Positions 37,101-49,140 of a DNA stretch of 64,000 nucleotides are shown here, in pieces. The first letter of the stretch is position 1, and every line of letters starts with the position of its first letter. A program made the translations under genes and the position numbers. This DNA comes from Tubiluchus corallicola. Its lineage: Eukaryota; Animalia; Priapulida. The DNA lies in contig JAQGDQ010000001.1 of assembly GCA_030141605.1 (NCBI GenBank), positions 2,170,001 to 2,234,000 of the forward strand, in the 5' to 3' direction. The notes beneath the pieces are model-generated. The model was not told the origin of the DNA, made no database searches, and was given only the letters and a program-made list of their open reading frames with translations.

Positions 37101-40100
37101 TGCTTCTTTATCGTCGCTTCTATATCATTTATACTGAGTATTCTAGAAGAAACAGTAATATGCTGTTATGTTGCAAAAATCAAGTTATATTATGATGTCT
37201 CGTGCTGTGATAGTAGAATTTGTTTGTGATTTGGCGAGATCAATCTTTCAAAGCAGCAAAAAAACTGGGCGGCCGGAAAAAGTTGACTCCGCGAAAAATC
37301 AACTGACTCCATTGACTGCAACGGTTCTAGTACAACTTTTTTACCTATTCGAATAAGTGATAAATTATATCACAAAGCCTCTTTTTTCCTCCTCACACTG
37401 TCCGTCTATTCCATCCTCTCTGCTTCTCTTGTATTATTTTCTCTTGTCTTTTCTTTTGTTGTCTTCCCTTCTCTTCCGCCTTTCTCTTCTCTTCTATATT
37501 CTCTCCTCTCCTCTCCTCTCCTCTCCATTCTCTTCTTTCTTTTCTCCTCTTTTTTCTCTCTTTTCATTTTCTTTTCTCCTTTTCCTCTTCTATTCTTCTT
37601 TCCTTCTTTCTTTTTTCTTTCTTTCCTGCCTCATTTCTCCCTTTCGCGATTTCTCACCAGTTCCTCTTATTTATTCTCCTCTCCTTTCTGTTTTCCTCGA
37701 CTTTTCTTTATCTACTTTTTCTACTCTTGACCACTGTTTTGAGTAATATGCTCCTATTTCATGTTTGTCCATTTGTGAATGATTTTTGGTTTAGTTACTT
37801 TCATAATTGTTATTTTTAATTAGACCATTTTCTGCTTGTATATTTTAACAAAGCCACTGTCGCTTTCTCAGCCGAGTAGCAGTACTAATCCATTTTTCCT
37901 GCTAACAGCTGCCAGCCAGGTAATCCAAAATTTTAAAACCTTTTCATTCCGTTGGTCGACCTTCCCTGGGAATCTGCTTCCGCATTTTTGTGCACGTGTT
38001 CAAATTTTACCGTTTTTTTGTAATAACACGTGTGAGAAAACATACGTAATACGTTTCGAACATGGTTACGGCGCTGATGCCGCACGTTACGGTCAACTCT
38101 ACTTTTAAGTGCTTTGATATATTTATAGCTGACGTTTTCGATATGGCGGTCTAGCTTGTTTGAAGCTCTGTTACTTGATAGGTTGCATTTTGACAAGATT
38201 TTTTGGTTAAACATTTTTTACAAACAGTGAGTTGAACTCTCTGCTATAAAATATGAAAATTTTGCAGATTCTGCCCAAGGTCTACTATCTGGACCCCCCG
38301 GTTGGAACGCTGCATGATGCCGCATCTCGCCGAAAACACTTTCTGTAACTTTGTGCCTCCTCCACCACCGGAAGATTTGTTGGCTGAACAATTAGCACTT
38401 GACGAGGGTACAGAAATGTGCGAATTCGACTGCTTAGACGGCAGCAAGTGTATCGCATTTAGAGCAGTTTGTGATGGAGTGCCTCACTGCAGAGACGGAT
38501 CAGACGAGATTGAATGTGGTATGTTGAAAATGTGTCTAGAGTAGTGAAAAAGTGTTTGTTGTCTCTGGAACTGTCGAACTATTCTTAAATCACTGTTTTT
38601 CACAAAGTTTTAACAAAGCTATAGCTAAAACAGCAGCCAGTTAAACAACCTTACGAAATGGTTCCAACTGAGCCGAATGCTGCCTGTTTAATTTACTGTC
38701 GCTATTCTTTGAAATTTATTTTCTCAGCACCCACTAGAAAATGATTCTTCGAGCACAGATGGTAAAAGTGCTGGATCCGTCAATACCGTGATTGTGTATT
38801 GGCATTTGTATCTCAGCCTAGAGTGGTGCGATTTTCGAACACTGTATTTGTTTTGCTTTTTCGCAGCTGTTTCTTCCTGGCTATGGCCATAATTTAAGTA
38901 TTTTAAGTTACTGAATTTAGACTTACAAAGTTTCTGTAAACCGCTACGGCACAAATTGATGCGTTGATACTTTCTGAGACACGCCTAATTATTATATCAA
39001 GCGACTCGCCGAAAAATCATAGCATTGTGTTTTCATAAAAAATTAGTAAGACAATCATAAAGTTCAAGATGTCTTGTTGCTGCACTACAGCCTTTAGCAA
39101 TTTATAACAAACACATTTATTTTATCTTTGTTCAAATGCTGCGGCTACCTGAAATTCTTCTTTGCATCATATACAAAAAATGAGATAGGTTTAAATGAAT
39201 ATAAAGCTAGAGAAAATGGTAATGTTACGTCTTTAAGTAATGTGGTAAGCTGGTATGCTTGGTTTTATTTATGTGCTAAGTAGTGCCTCTAGAGGAGATT
39301 AGCAATTTATTGGCAACGCTCTTTTCACTTATTACCCAGAAGAGTATTTGTTGAAAAGTAAAAGCTTTTATATATATTTAACACAAATAACACACAAATA
39401 CTTCAGAACTAACTATAAAGTGATTACTTTCAGCTCCTCCTTGCAACCCAACAACATGTCAGCTCCCCAACTGCCGCTGTGCAGGAACAGACATCCCTGG
39501 GGGTTTCAGAAACGCGGATACTCCACAGTTGGTTCTAATAGCAGTAGATGAAGCCATCCGCGTCGAGGACTACAACCATCTCTACCAGCAGATCTTCAAG
39601 AAGGTGGATGCCAACAGAAGAAGAATTCCCCGTACTAACCCTGATGGTTGCCCCATGGTCGGAACGTTCTTCGCTAGTCTGCAGTTCACAGACTTTGCTG
39701 CCGCACAAAGTCTATATAGAGAAGGTCATGAGATTGCGACACACTCTGTCAGGTAAACTATCATTAATTGCTACCAGATTCCAAGCGAGCTAATCATTTA
39801 TTTAAAATATTACAGTTCGAATAATTGTGCTGCATGTTGTCTTGTATGTTTCAATAATATAAAACGCTAATTATGCTTTCTTTTTCAGCAAAACTTTGCC
39901 AGCATCTTATTGGAGGGACGTTCCTCGCCAGGTATGGCATGAAGAATTCGTCAGCAACAGGTTCTGGCTAAGCGAACTAGGAAACATCCCTGCTGGAGCT
40001 ATTGTTGGAAAGAGAGATCCCTACCTACAATCTAAAGGAGATGAAAGCATCTTCATGGCAGAAAGAAACGGATTCTTGTATGACTCCTCCTATGCCACTG

Positions 40101-40708
40101 CTAGAATAGAGCCTATGCCACCCTATCCCTACACCTTGGACCATAGGTCTGGACTTGATTGCCCCGTCCAGCCATGTCCAGTTAAACCTCATACAATGTG
40201 GGAAATACCTCTAGTTGACTGGATCGACACTAATGATACTCTCTGCGAGAATGTAGACAGTTGTTACTTCCCAGAGAGTAAGGAAGAAGCAATGCAACTG
40301 TTCTTTACCAACTTCGCCCGCCATTTCCAGCAAAATCGTGCCCCCTTCACTGTCAACATCAGACCACGCTTTTTCTATGACAATGGCTACCATAATTTGG
40401 AAGCTCTTGTCGATTTCCTGGATCAGCTGGAGAGAATGGACGATGTTTACGTAGTTACATACAGCGATGCCATCAAATGGATGAGAGACCCGACACCATC
40501 CAGCGACATGAGAAACTTCTTTGACTGCAACTACAGTAACCGAACACCACTCTGTGACAAACCTAACCTCTGCGGTTACTATAACATTACTTATGCACCA
40601 AATTCTGTCGAACATCAAGGAGACCGTTTCTTTATGACCTGTAACGCGTGTCCTCCATCTTACCCGTGGGTAATTCCCATCGAAGAACTCCGAGCCCGTG
40701 GCTTGTAA
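34119..40708 (+). CDS. Secreted chitin deacetylase-like protein (signal peptide + CBM14/peritrophin-A + LDLa + CE4/NodB-like domain; serpentine/vermiform-type architecture), 525 aa, probably catalytically impaired
   Basis: Exons 34119-34155, 34876-35026, 38268-38518, 39434-39752, 39889-40708 (1578 nt in frame). Six-Cys CBM14 (C..ADPNDCSVFYIC..FCPRSTIW..RC..C), six-Cys LDLa (CDGVPHCRDGSDE), then CQLPNCRC, NPDGCP, GHEIATHS, RDPYL, FLYDSS, PYTLD, MWEIPL, RAPF, typical of arthropod-type CDAs. Confidence 0.88.
37380..37730. repeat. Polypyrimidine (CT/CTT/CTCCT) low-complexity tract in CDA intron 2
   Basis: About 350 bp composed almost entirely of C/T. Confidence 0.9.
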
Positions 40709-43700
40709 TTCCTCAAACATCACAGAATCATGCTCATTTCATCTTATAGGACAGTAGCGGGTCTACCCAAGTATTTTCAAATCAAACAATATCATCTACA
40801 GCATTTTAGCTTTTCATCTTTTTAGCTGCATCGAACATTAATGCTCAATTACAATTGTTTCAATTAGATATTGTTTGCTATGTACAAAGTTATTGTTTGG
40901 CTACAATGTAAAAACACAATTTTTAGTTTTGCCTTTCTCTCACTGTAAAAACGTGTGTCAAAGGCCTATAGCTTGTAACAATCATAAATTATTTTTTATT
41001 TGAGTCTTGTGAAGTGTTTCTGCTTGTATATCTCAACGGCAGGTTCAGCTGATTTCAGTAGTTGCTACAGTCAAACGTTTTGTGTTTAGTTAGTGAAATG
41101 TATAATTGCACTGATGCGCTAACACCTGAATGAGGAAGTTGTAACGGTGACCTAAATACAGGTAATGTCCATGTCTGGTCACTACAACGCCCGTGGCCGT
41201 GGCAGTAAAGGTGTAGGGGTGCAGAAGTGATATGTTTCGCGGTCAGTAGGTACTTTGGTTAACGCATGACTGCTGACAAACTAGAGGTTTTCGCTTCGTA
41301 AATTGGGATTTGTTTTGCTCAGTAATATGTACTATAGAAATAATTTTATTCTTGTAGAAATAACCTTAGGCAAAGTGGGAGCGAAGAGCTTAATCGTTGC
41401 TTCGCTTCTGTTTTGACTAAAACCGCTTGTAAGTATTAATAATAATTTATTTTTAATAAAATGATTAGTTTTACAGAAAAAGATCAAATAGTCAAATCGT
41501 ATTGTTTTCGTGCTGTGTCAGCTAGACCACATGATTGGAGAGTATGACAAACAAATCAGCTCACTGTAAATTCAAGCATTTCATTATTAACCTTAATAAC
41601 TCACCATATTTTCACAAATCGACTAATTACGCACATCATAATGGAGGTAGGAAACAAAAATGATTTCACTGCTCTTAATCTCTCGCAAAAAGTGTTTTGT
41701 TGATTTTGACACGAATTGTTCAAGAGAAAGTAATGATGTCAAAAGAAGGCAAATGCATAAGCATTGATAATGCATGAATAGACCCATAATTATCGAAGTG
41801 TTATTAAGCGAACGAGTGAAGTAATGCGTTGCCACTTTTGCCACGAAATTAATAGATAAATCATTAATTATTTGGCACGAAATGGGTCGTGCGTTTTCTA
41901 TTTTTACAGTCATTAATCTGTGTTCAAATGTGACTCAAACAACTTCCTAGAATATCTGTCGACTAAATGAAAAAATCTTAACAATAAAGAGAAAACTACT
42001 GAAGTTACTGAGGGTGTTACCTACACGAATTCATTCCACTGATACAATGTACATAGCTCCCTTATCACGGCCGACGGTAAAATGTATTCCCTTATTAAAA
42101 TCCATGTTGAAGACAAATTCAAACATATGCTAAAATACGTTATTGATTATAATTACAACATGCCATTTTGTTAAAAAAGAAACGTGCACAGGCTTGCGCA
42201 ACAAGAGCCTTGTCATATGGAGTTGAAACATGGTTAACAAGTAAATTTATAGATTTAGGAATATTATGCAATAGGTTATAAAAACTTTACTCGGGGTGAA
42301 ATTACAAACGCTCAATGAATTTTGTTGTGATGAGGCTGATATGCTAAGGTTAAAAGACAGAATTCTTAAAAAAAGAACTGTCTACATGAACAAAATGCTT
42401 CGTTCACAGAGCCTTGATGAACCAACAGCTATAGCGTGTGCGCTTATGAATACCCTGCCAAGTAATTCTTCGAGTTTTAGAGCATTCAATCGTTGTTTTG
42501 ATCATTGTTCAACAACTAGCCTATAATCCATTACAAGAGAAAATCAGACGAAGACAAGATTCCCTACTACCTAATGCTAAATCCCTACGCAAAACAACAT
42601 GAAATTTATAAATATACTTTTCCAGGTGACTAAATGTTGAGACATGAAGTTGGCATATGCCCCCTACCCCGCACGACCAAAGGCTGTGTTCCTGCAGTAA
42701 TGCAGTGCAAGATGAAGAAAACATCGTTACTGTTTGTGAATTAACAAAGCGGTGAGAGAAAAATACAACCTGCGTGATATCGAGCCCTTAGCCTGCGGAA
42801 AATTTTTGAGCGACATAACTATAACTCTCATAACTAAACTGTAATAAGGTTACTTGTTAATACCTTTCTGGGTGTTAGCCTAACTTTTTACTGCCATTGC
42901 TGTGTAGTTTTGCGTTACGCTTTAGCAAAATTTGTAAACTAATATTTGCGTTGTTTGTAATATTGCGCGTTGCACGTATGCATTGTTATAAATGTTAGTC
43001 CCAATGACAAAAAATACTAATAATACCAAAACACGCCTGCACGACGCGTAGTACTAGTCATACACAGTAAGAAGTCTGTCTTTAACAAACTGTGTAACGC
43101 ACATTGTCTCACACAAAATTTGTTGCACACGACAGCTTTTGCATGAAGCATGTGTCTTGAGTAACGTCACAGTCCTCACTAAATGATTATTAGGTAATAG
43201 GCCCTGCGTTTAACTGCGGGAACCGTAGTTCATATAGCCCAGTGATTCTTCTCCCTGTCCTAAAGAATAAAACCATTGAAAAGACAATGCTTCGCTCGGC
43301 GTTGAATAACAGCCGCTCACGCTCACATGAAAGGCGGATGTGTTTCCCTGCTTTAAAGAATAACACTTATGAAATGCTCCACTTTTCCGAATTGCCCGCC
43401 ATATGATTTACCGTCGCTGTGCAGTGTACCTGCATGCCTTCTTTTTCTATAGCTTGACTTATTTTATCGTCGTTGTAGAAACTTTTTAAAACACGTAAAA
43501 CAGTAAAGAAAAGTTGGTCTCAAATTTTTTGTACATGTATTTTATAATTGGTAGTGGTGTTGACCAGACACATATTGTTCTGAGCCCGCACACCAGAACA
43601 GGATATGTTTGTCGATATAAAGAATTAAATAAGTTTGATAAAAATCTGTGTGCGACAAAGGAACAGCGTTTATCAAGACCGTGTATAAATAAAAATCTGT

Positions 43701-45950
43701 CTCAGACAAGTTGATGCAGACATATTTGGATCGCGTACGCCCTGTTTTAAACGCACACACGCATACGATCTGTATTTCTATAATTGTAACGTTCAACCAA
43801 TTATTTATTATTATTTACAAATAGTTGCAAATTTGCTTGTACTCAACAACGAAACAGAAATAAAGCGCTTAACAAAATTCCCCATTTCACTGATAATTGT
43901 TGCTTAGCTGCTCGTAAGACTTTTAATCACTTTCTATTACTATTAATTTTAGCGACTAAATTTAAAAATAGATCAAATAGATTAACCATGAAACTTCACG
44001 AAGTGTGTTTATTTGTACGTTTGAAACAATCCAACTTAATTTTATTTTACTGTTCAAATAATGTCAAGATAAGAACATTGCAGTTATACAAAGCTAATAA
44101 TTCGATAATAAATTGTCACCACTAATTATAAATCTACTGTTCCCGCCATAACGTATATTTTTATATACTCGGCTACTAAATAAAAAGTTAGCGAATTGTA
44201 GCTCCAACTGCAACAATTAACATAAATTTATAAAACGGCACAATTGTATGATGTAGTTCATGTAATAAGAATTAGAGAATAAGTAATGGCAATGTCTTCG
44301 CTTAATTGATTGCTGGCTGTTATTTTCACTTTCAGAATTCGTCTTCCCTATCACTAATCAGTTTAACAAACTAATATGCTGAAGCTAAAGAATAACAAGA
44401 AACTAACAATTAACTAAGCTACAGATTTTTATTCGGTACCGAGTGCTGATATAAAACTGTGTGCACTTTTGATGTGCAGTCTAACATATTAATTATTATT
44501 GAAAAATCCCAGAAAAGACAGGTTTTTGAAACTCGTCTGCGCCATACCTTCAGACGGAAGAAAGAATCATAAATATAAACTGTCCAGTTTTTGCCGTCAA
44601 ACATTTTCTCGTGCTTATACCAACTTAATCATTTATTTACATTTCTATTTATCTTATAAATTAAATAATAAACCTGTGCGGGCGGCAATCAGCAATGTAA
44701 TCTTGGCAGTTGGCGATAGGGCCTATAAGTTGAATAATTTCTCAACAGAAAGTAAAAACTACCAAGGAGTGTGTCAAATGTCATCTCTTCTAATTGGCTA
44801 AAATGCAAAATATAGTTTGAAGTATAACAGACATACAATATTTCTATTGCAATACTTTTCTCTTTCCTAAACGTTAGTATAAAGGACATCGTGTGTATCG
44901 TTAGGAGCCAAAGTTAAGCAACCCTAGACTTAATTAATAAATGGCAGCCAGAGCGATTGCCATGAAAATCACTTTTGCGCAGTTTGTTGAAACATCTTGA
45001 AAATATCTTAAGTCAGAATGTAATACACATTGCTTAAGGCACCAGCTAGTCCAGCATCTCATTTTTAGTAACGCGCCAGGTTCTGGGAACTGTCACTACC
45101 TTCACTGAAGGTAAAAGTTGTGCTGTATACTGGCTTAAAAGATCCTGAGATGTATATATGTTTTAAAATTTTAAACGCATTAACACTTTAACATTTTTTC
45201 AAGTTTTCAAATAAAACAGCAATACACAAGAATTTAAACATAAAACGAGAAATTTTTAAAAAAAATGTCTCACTACTTACACACGCACGCAAGCATACAC
45301 ATCAACATACACAAAAAGGGAAGAACAAAAATTCAGCCGTAAATGTTTCAAAATGAGCTAGATTAGTTACATAAATTATTCTGGTAAGTCAGTATTACAA
45401 AACTAGTTCACTACTCAACACAGAGTGATAAACTGTTGTTAACACTCTTTAATAACTGCACTGTAACTAATTCTAAAAGTTTATAACATGCCCGCTTATT
45501 ATTGTGCACTGTAACCTTTACAAGTAAAAAACTCGTTGTACAAAACAAAAAATTCTGCTATAACACGTTATAACATGCTGCCTTAAAAACAAGCTAATAA
45601 AGTGCTCTAATAACACAACAACTAAAAGCTGGAAGGTACTACTGAACATTATACAATAACAGATTTTATTAGACATTTACAACTAAAAGTGTATCGTTCA
45701 CGACTATCACAGTATTGATACAACCTGTTCAGTAAAACATGAAATGACTTAATAATGAGTAAAACTATAGGCTGTAATTTGGAAAAATAAAAATAAAAAG
45801 AAGCGAGAAAAATATCCTGGGATAATGCTAACTGAGTGAAACTTGCGGTCACAACTTCAATGACTGGGGATCTATAAAATTCTTACCATAACTCTATTGA
45901 AGCTTTTGCTTTGCGAAAAAAATTCTCGCTCGCCAGTTTAAAGTCGTGCC

Positions 45951-47408
45951 CAGGGCTGGCTCTAGGTAGTTTGACGCCTAGGCAATATTCTAGGGCTCCA
46001 TCCTCAAATGCTTCCCCCAAGGGCGTATCAAGAGATTACGACACCCTAACCTGATAATTCTGTCCCACCCATCTCTATTTTGGGCTTATGGTTATTTACG
46101 TATATAAACCCAAAAAAATAATATTACTTGTGGTGTATTAGTATCACTTTTTCCTAATCCTTACGTAGTCATTGCTGAGCAGACTGCACAATTACTGGTG
46201 TAGTGACTTCTATATAACTCTCTTCTCAATAAAAGTAATCTATTTGTTTGCACAAGACTTGCCTATTATGGACTAACTTGTTTCTAAACTAATTACTCTG
46301 CAAGTTTTAATCATTATTATAATTTTGTTAGCCAATAAATTACATGTACTGCATATGCGTTGTTATACGGGCTCTCGTATAAAAGAACGGTTAATAACTG
46401 CTAGTGATGTATTTTTGTTGCAAAATACGCGCTTTATAGAGGTATGAAAGCATAGGCATTTTCCGAGAATAAGAATTTTTAATACTGAACCCCTAAAGTC
46501 TGGCGTTCCTCAAAGTTTGCCATTCTAGCCTACAGCCTAGTTAGCCTATTGATGAAATTCACCTCTGGCTACCTGTTGTATGCATAATATAATAGCACCC
46601 GGTGTTAAGCTTATGTGTGTGTTATACTGTATAACTGTCAATTACAGCTTGGTGTTGTCCTGAAGTTGAATTTAGTATCAATCTGAGCCTTCAGGAGCAA
46701 TCAAAATTTCTGCAAAATCTTATGTTTGTACATAAACATTTTTAAGTACATACTCTTTCTCTCAACCTTTTCATATGAACATTTTGAATCCCTAACTCCT
46801 CTTTTTCAAGTATTTCCATCTCACTATTTTCATAATCTTCACAACCATGGGTTTGATCTAGTTGCAAACACTTCGTTAGCGAATCTTTTTGATGTTCAAA
46901 TACGCCTAATTGAATGTCCACTAGTTTTTTACGTTCGTGTCATGCATTAATTCTCGAAGGCTGAAGGCTTCGATTTCTTATGTACCATCATAATTACATA
47001 AATGATATTGCAAAAAACCGTTCTGCTGCTCAGTGCATAGTAGGCATACGATACAAATTATGAACAAAAGTAGTGTAAACGGGTCAATAGTACCTGCCTG
47101 AAATGGAGTAAATTTTAAGAAGGCAGGCAAAACGAAAGTGGAAAGCATTTATTGCAGGAAGACTACTGCTTCTCATGTTAGCGTGGATGAATTATACATT
47201 TTGACCTGAAAAAAAAAATATATATATATGCAGGAAATTCTTTTCATTTAATTTGTGTTGTGCACCTAAGTAATTCTGCACTTTACTACCTCATTGCTTA
47301 CGCCAAACTTAAAAATTAAAACATTACAGTACTTCTAGAATTTGATGAACCCCATAGTTTGGCGCCCTAGGCAACTACCTAGTTTGCCTAGTGGTAGAGC
47401 CGGCCCTG
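45951..47408. mobile_element. Non-autonomous hAT element (1458 bp, CAGGGCCGGC-type termini)
   Basis: TIR CAGGGCTGGCTCTA / TAGAGCCGGCCCTG (13/14), subterminal GCCTAGGCA motifs at both ends, 8-bp flanks GTCGTGCC / GTTATGCC (6/8). Confidence 0.8.
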
Positions 47409-49057
47409 GTTATGCCGCAAGTGTTCCATGGCCTGTATAACAGACCTTATATTTATTATTTCAACAAAAACGTTTGTATAACAATTATTCAAAAAATTAT
47501 AACAGAGTTAATAATAAGATGGAGCTAAGAAGATACATACCAGACATTGCTGAAAAAAATCAATGAAATTTCTAACAGCTAGGTTTTTGGCATGACAAGC
47601 CAAAATACTTTATGCAAAACTCTTGAGATTTACAAAGTATCTTGATGAAACTTTATTTTGAAATTTGCATAAAGTGTCTTGACTACATAGTGCCTCCATA
47701 TTCAACTTGTACTTTTTCACATAAACAAAATAAACAAAGTCATTTGCAACCGAAAACAGCAACACTGTATACTAATAGATAATGGCCAAGAGGGTATTAT
47801 TTTCCAGACATGTTCATTTGCTGTGGTAGTAAGAATCTCAAAATTATTAATGCTTTGAAACTCTCCACACAAGGAAATGAATTTATGATTTGTTGACTGA
47901 AAGTCAGGCAACTAAAAGAAACAAGATTTCAACTGTATTGCCTGACCTCAAATATTTCTCAATTTGCACAGCAATTCTCGTGATTATTACACAACAGTTT
48001 AAGGCAATAATGACACAAAAGCTAATTATTAAAAACTCATGTTCTTAAAATAGATATTAGCAACATTGCCTTTACGGTCCACTATCCAAATATCATACAT
48101 ATTTTTAAAACTGTAGCACATTCATTGTTGACTAATTATACAATACATTAAAACATCAACTACAGCTAAAGTTAAGGGTTTCCTTCACTTTCATGCACAT
48201 AAGCATAATAATTGCACAGTTAGATTCGATAATATATATTATTTTTTAAATACATCATTATAGCTCGTTAACTCTAAGCAAACAAATAAAGCAAGAGTAG
48301 TTCCCACTAATAATAATACAGATACATACTAAAACTACAATTTGGTATCATGTTTGTAATATACAAACACTTACCATAAGCTATAAAGAGCAAAAAGCGG
48401 TTTTGAGAACTTACAGCCTTAAATGGAATAAGACAAAATGATGTTTAATCTAATTAATGATAATTTAATTTAGATTTGTTGTCTGCGTTCTGTTTAACAA
48501 AATATTACTAAGACTCAACTTAAAGATGTTAGTACATGTGGTAGCCTACTGTACATTATAAAAATTGTTACACAGCACCAATAAATAATTAAATTAATTA
48601 ATTACTTAAATGCAAAGCAGTTCAACCATAAGTAAGTGTGCCACTCTGTATCACAAGTATCTAGCTAAGTTAACAAAAATTAAGTAAGAGATAAAAAATG
48701 TGGCAGTTAGCATCTGACCTGTAGAGCAATAATGAGCGAAATACCATTATACTTTTAATTAGAGTTTTAATTATACTCTACCTCATACACACTTTACACA
48801 TCGTGCTTGTTCAGCACACTTTCTTATGCTATTGAACACTAACTACCATTTAACATCAACACTAACATTCAACAACAATTATATAAAATTGATCTAATTT
48901 AAATTACCTTGTAAAACTTACTCAGCAGATAGAAATAATATTATTACCTTATAACAAGTAATTAAAAATAACATGTAGGCTTACAAGCACAGAGTGTGAG
49001 ACAATATAAAGCTGCACTGTATTTTGATCAGTATTTCCCCAGTATCACATCACATCA

Positions 49058-49140
49058 TCAGTTAATGGCTACGTAAAGGAAAATGGCAGCATGATGAAGA
49101 GATTCTCCGTACTTACTGCGTAACACAACGTGTCGAAAAC
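49058..49140 (-). CDS. PLCD: PLC alternative last coding exon B ([27 protein letters not shown])
   Basis: Acceptor TTTTTCCCAG| in phase 1. Paralogous to exon A, with the same C2-terminal motif. Confidence 0.85.

Noticed and set aside
37357-37746. Leu/Ser/Phe-rich 129-aa ORF
   Set aside because: Translation of the polypyrimidine tract.
40211-40723. 170-aa minus-strand ORF
   Set aside because: Antisense shadow of the CDA-like last exon.
41600-42760. Cluster of 65-96-aa ORFs downstream of the CDA-like gene
   Set aside because: No recognisable domain and no consistent spliced model on either strand.
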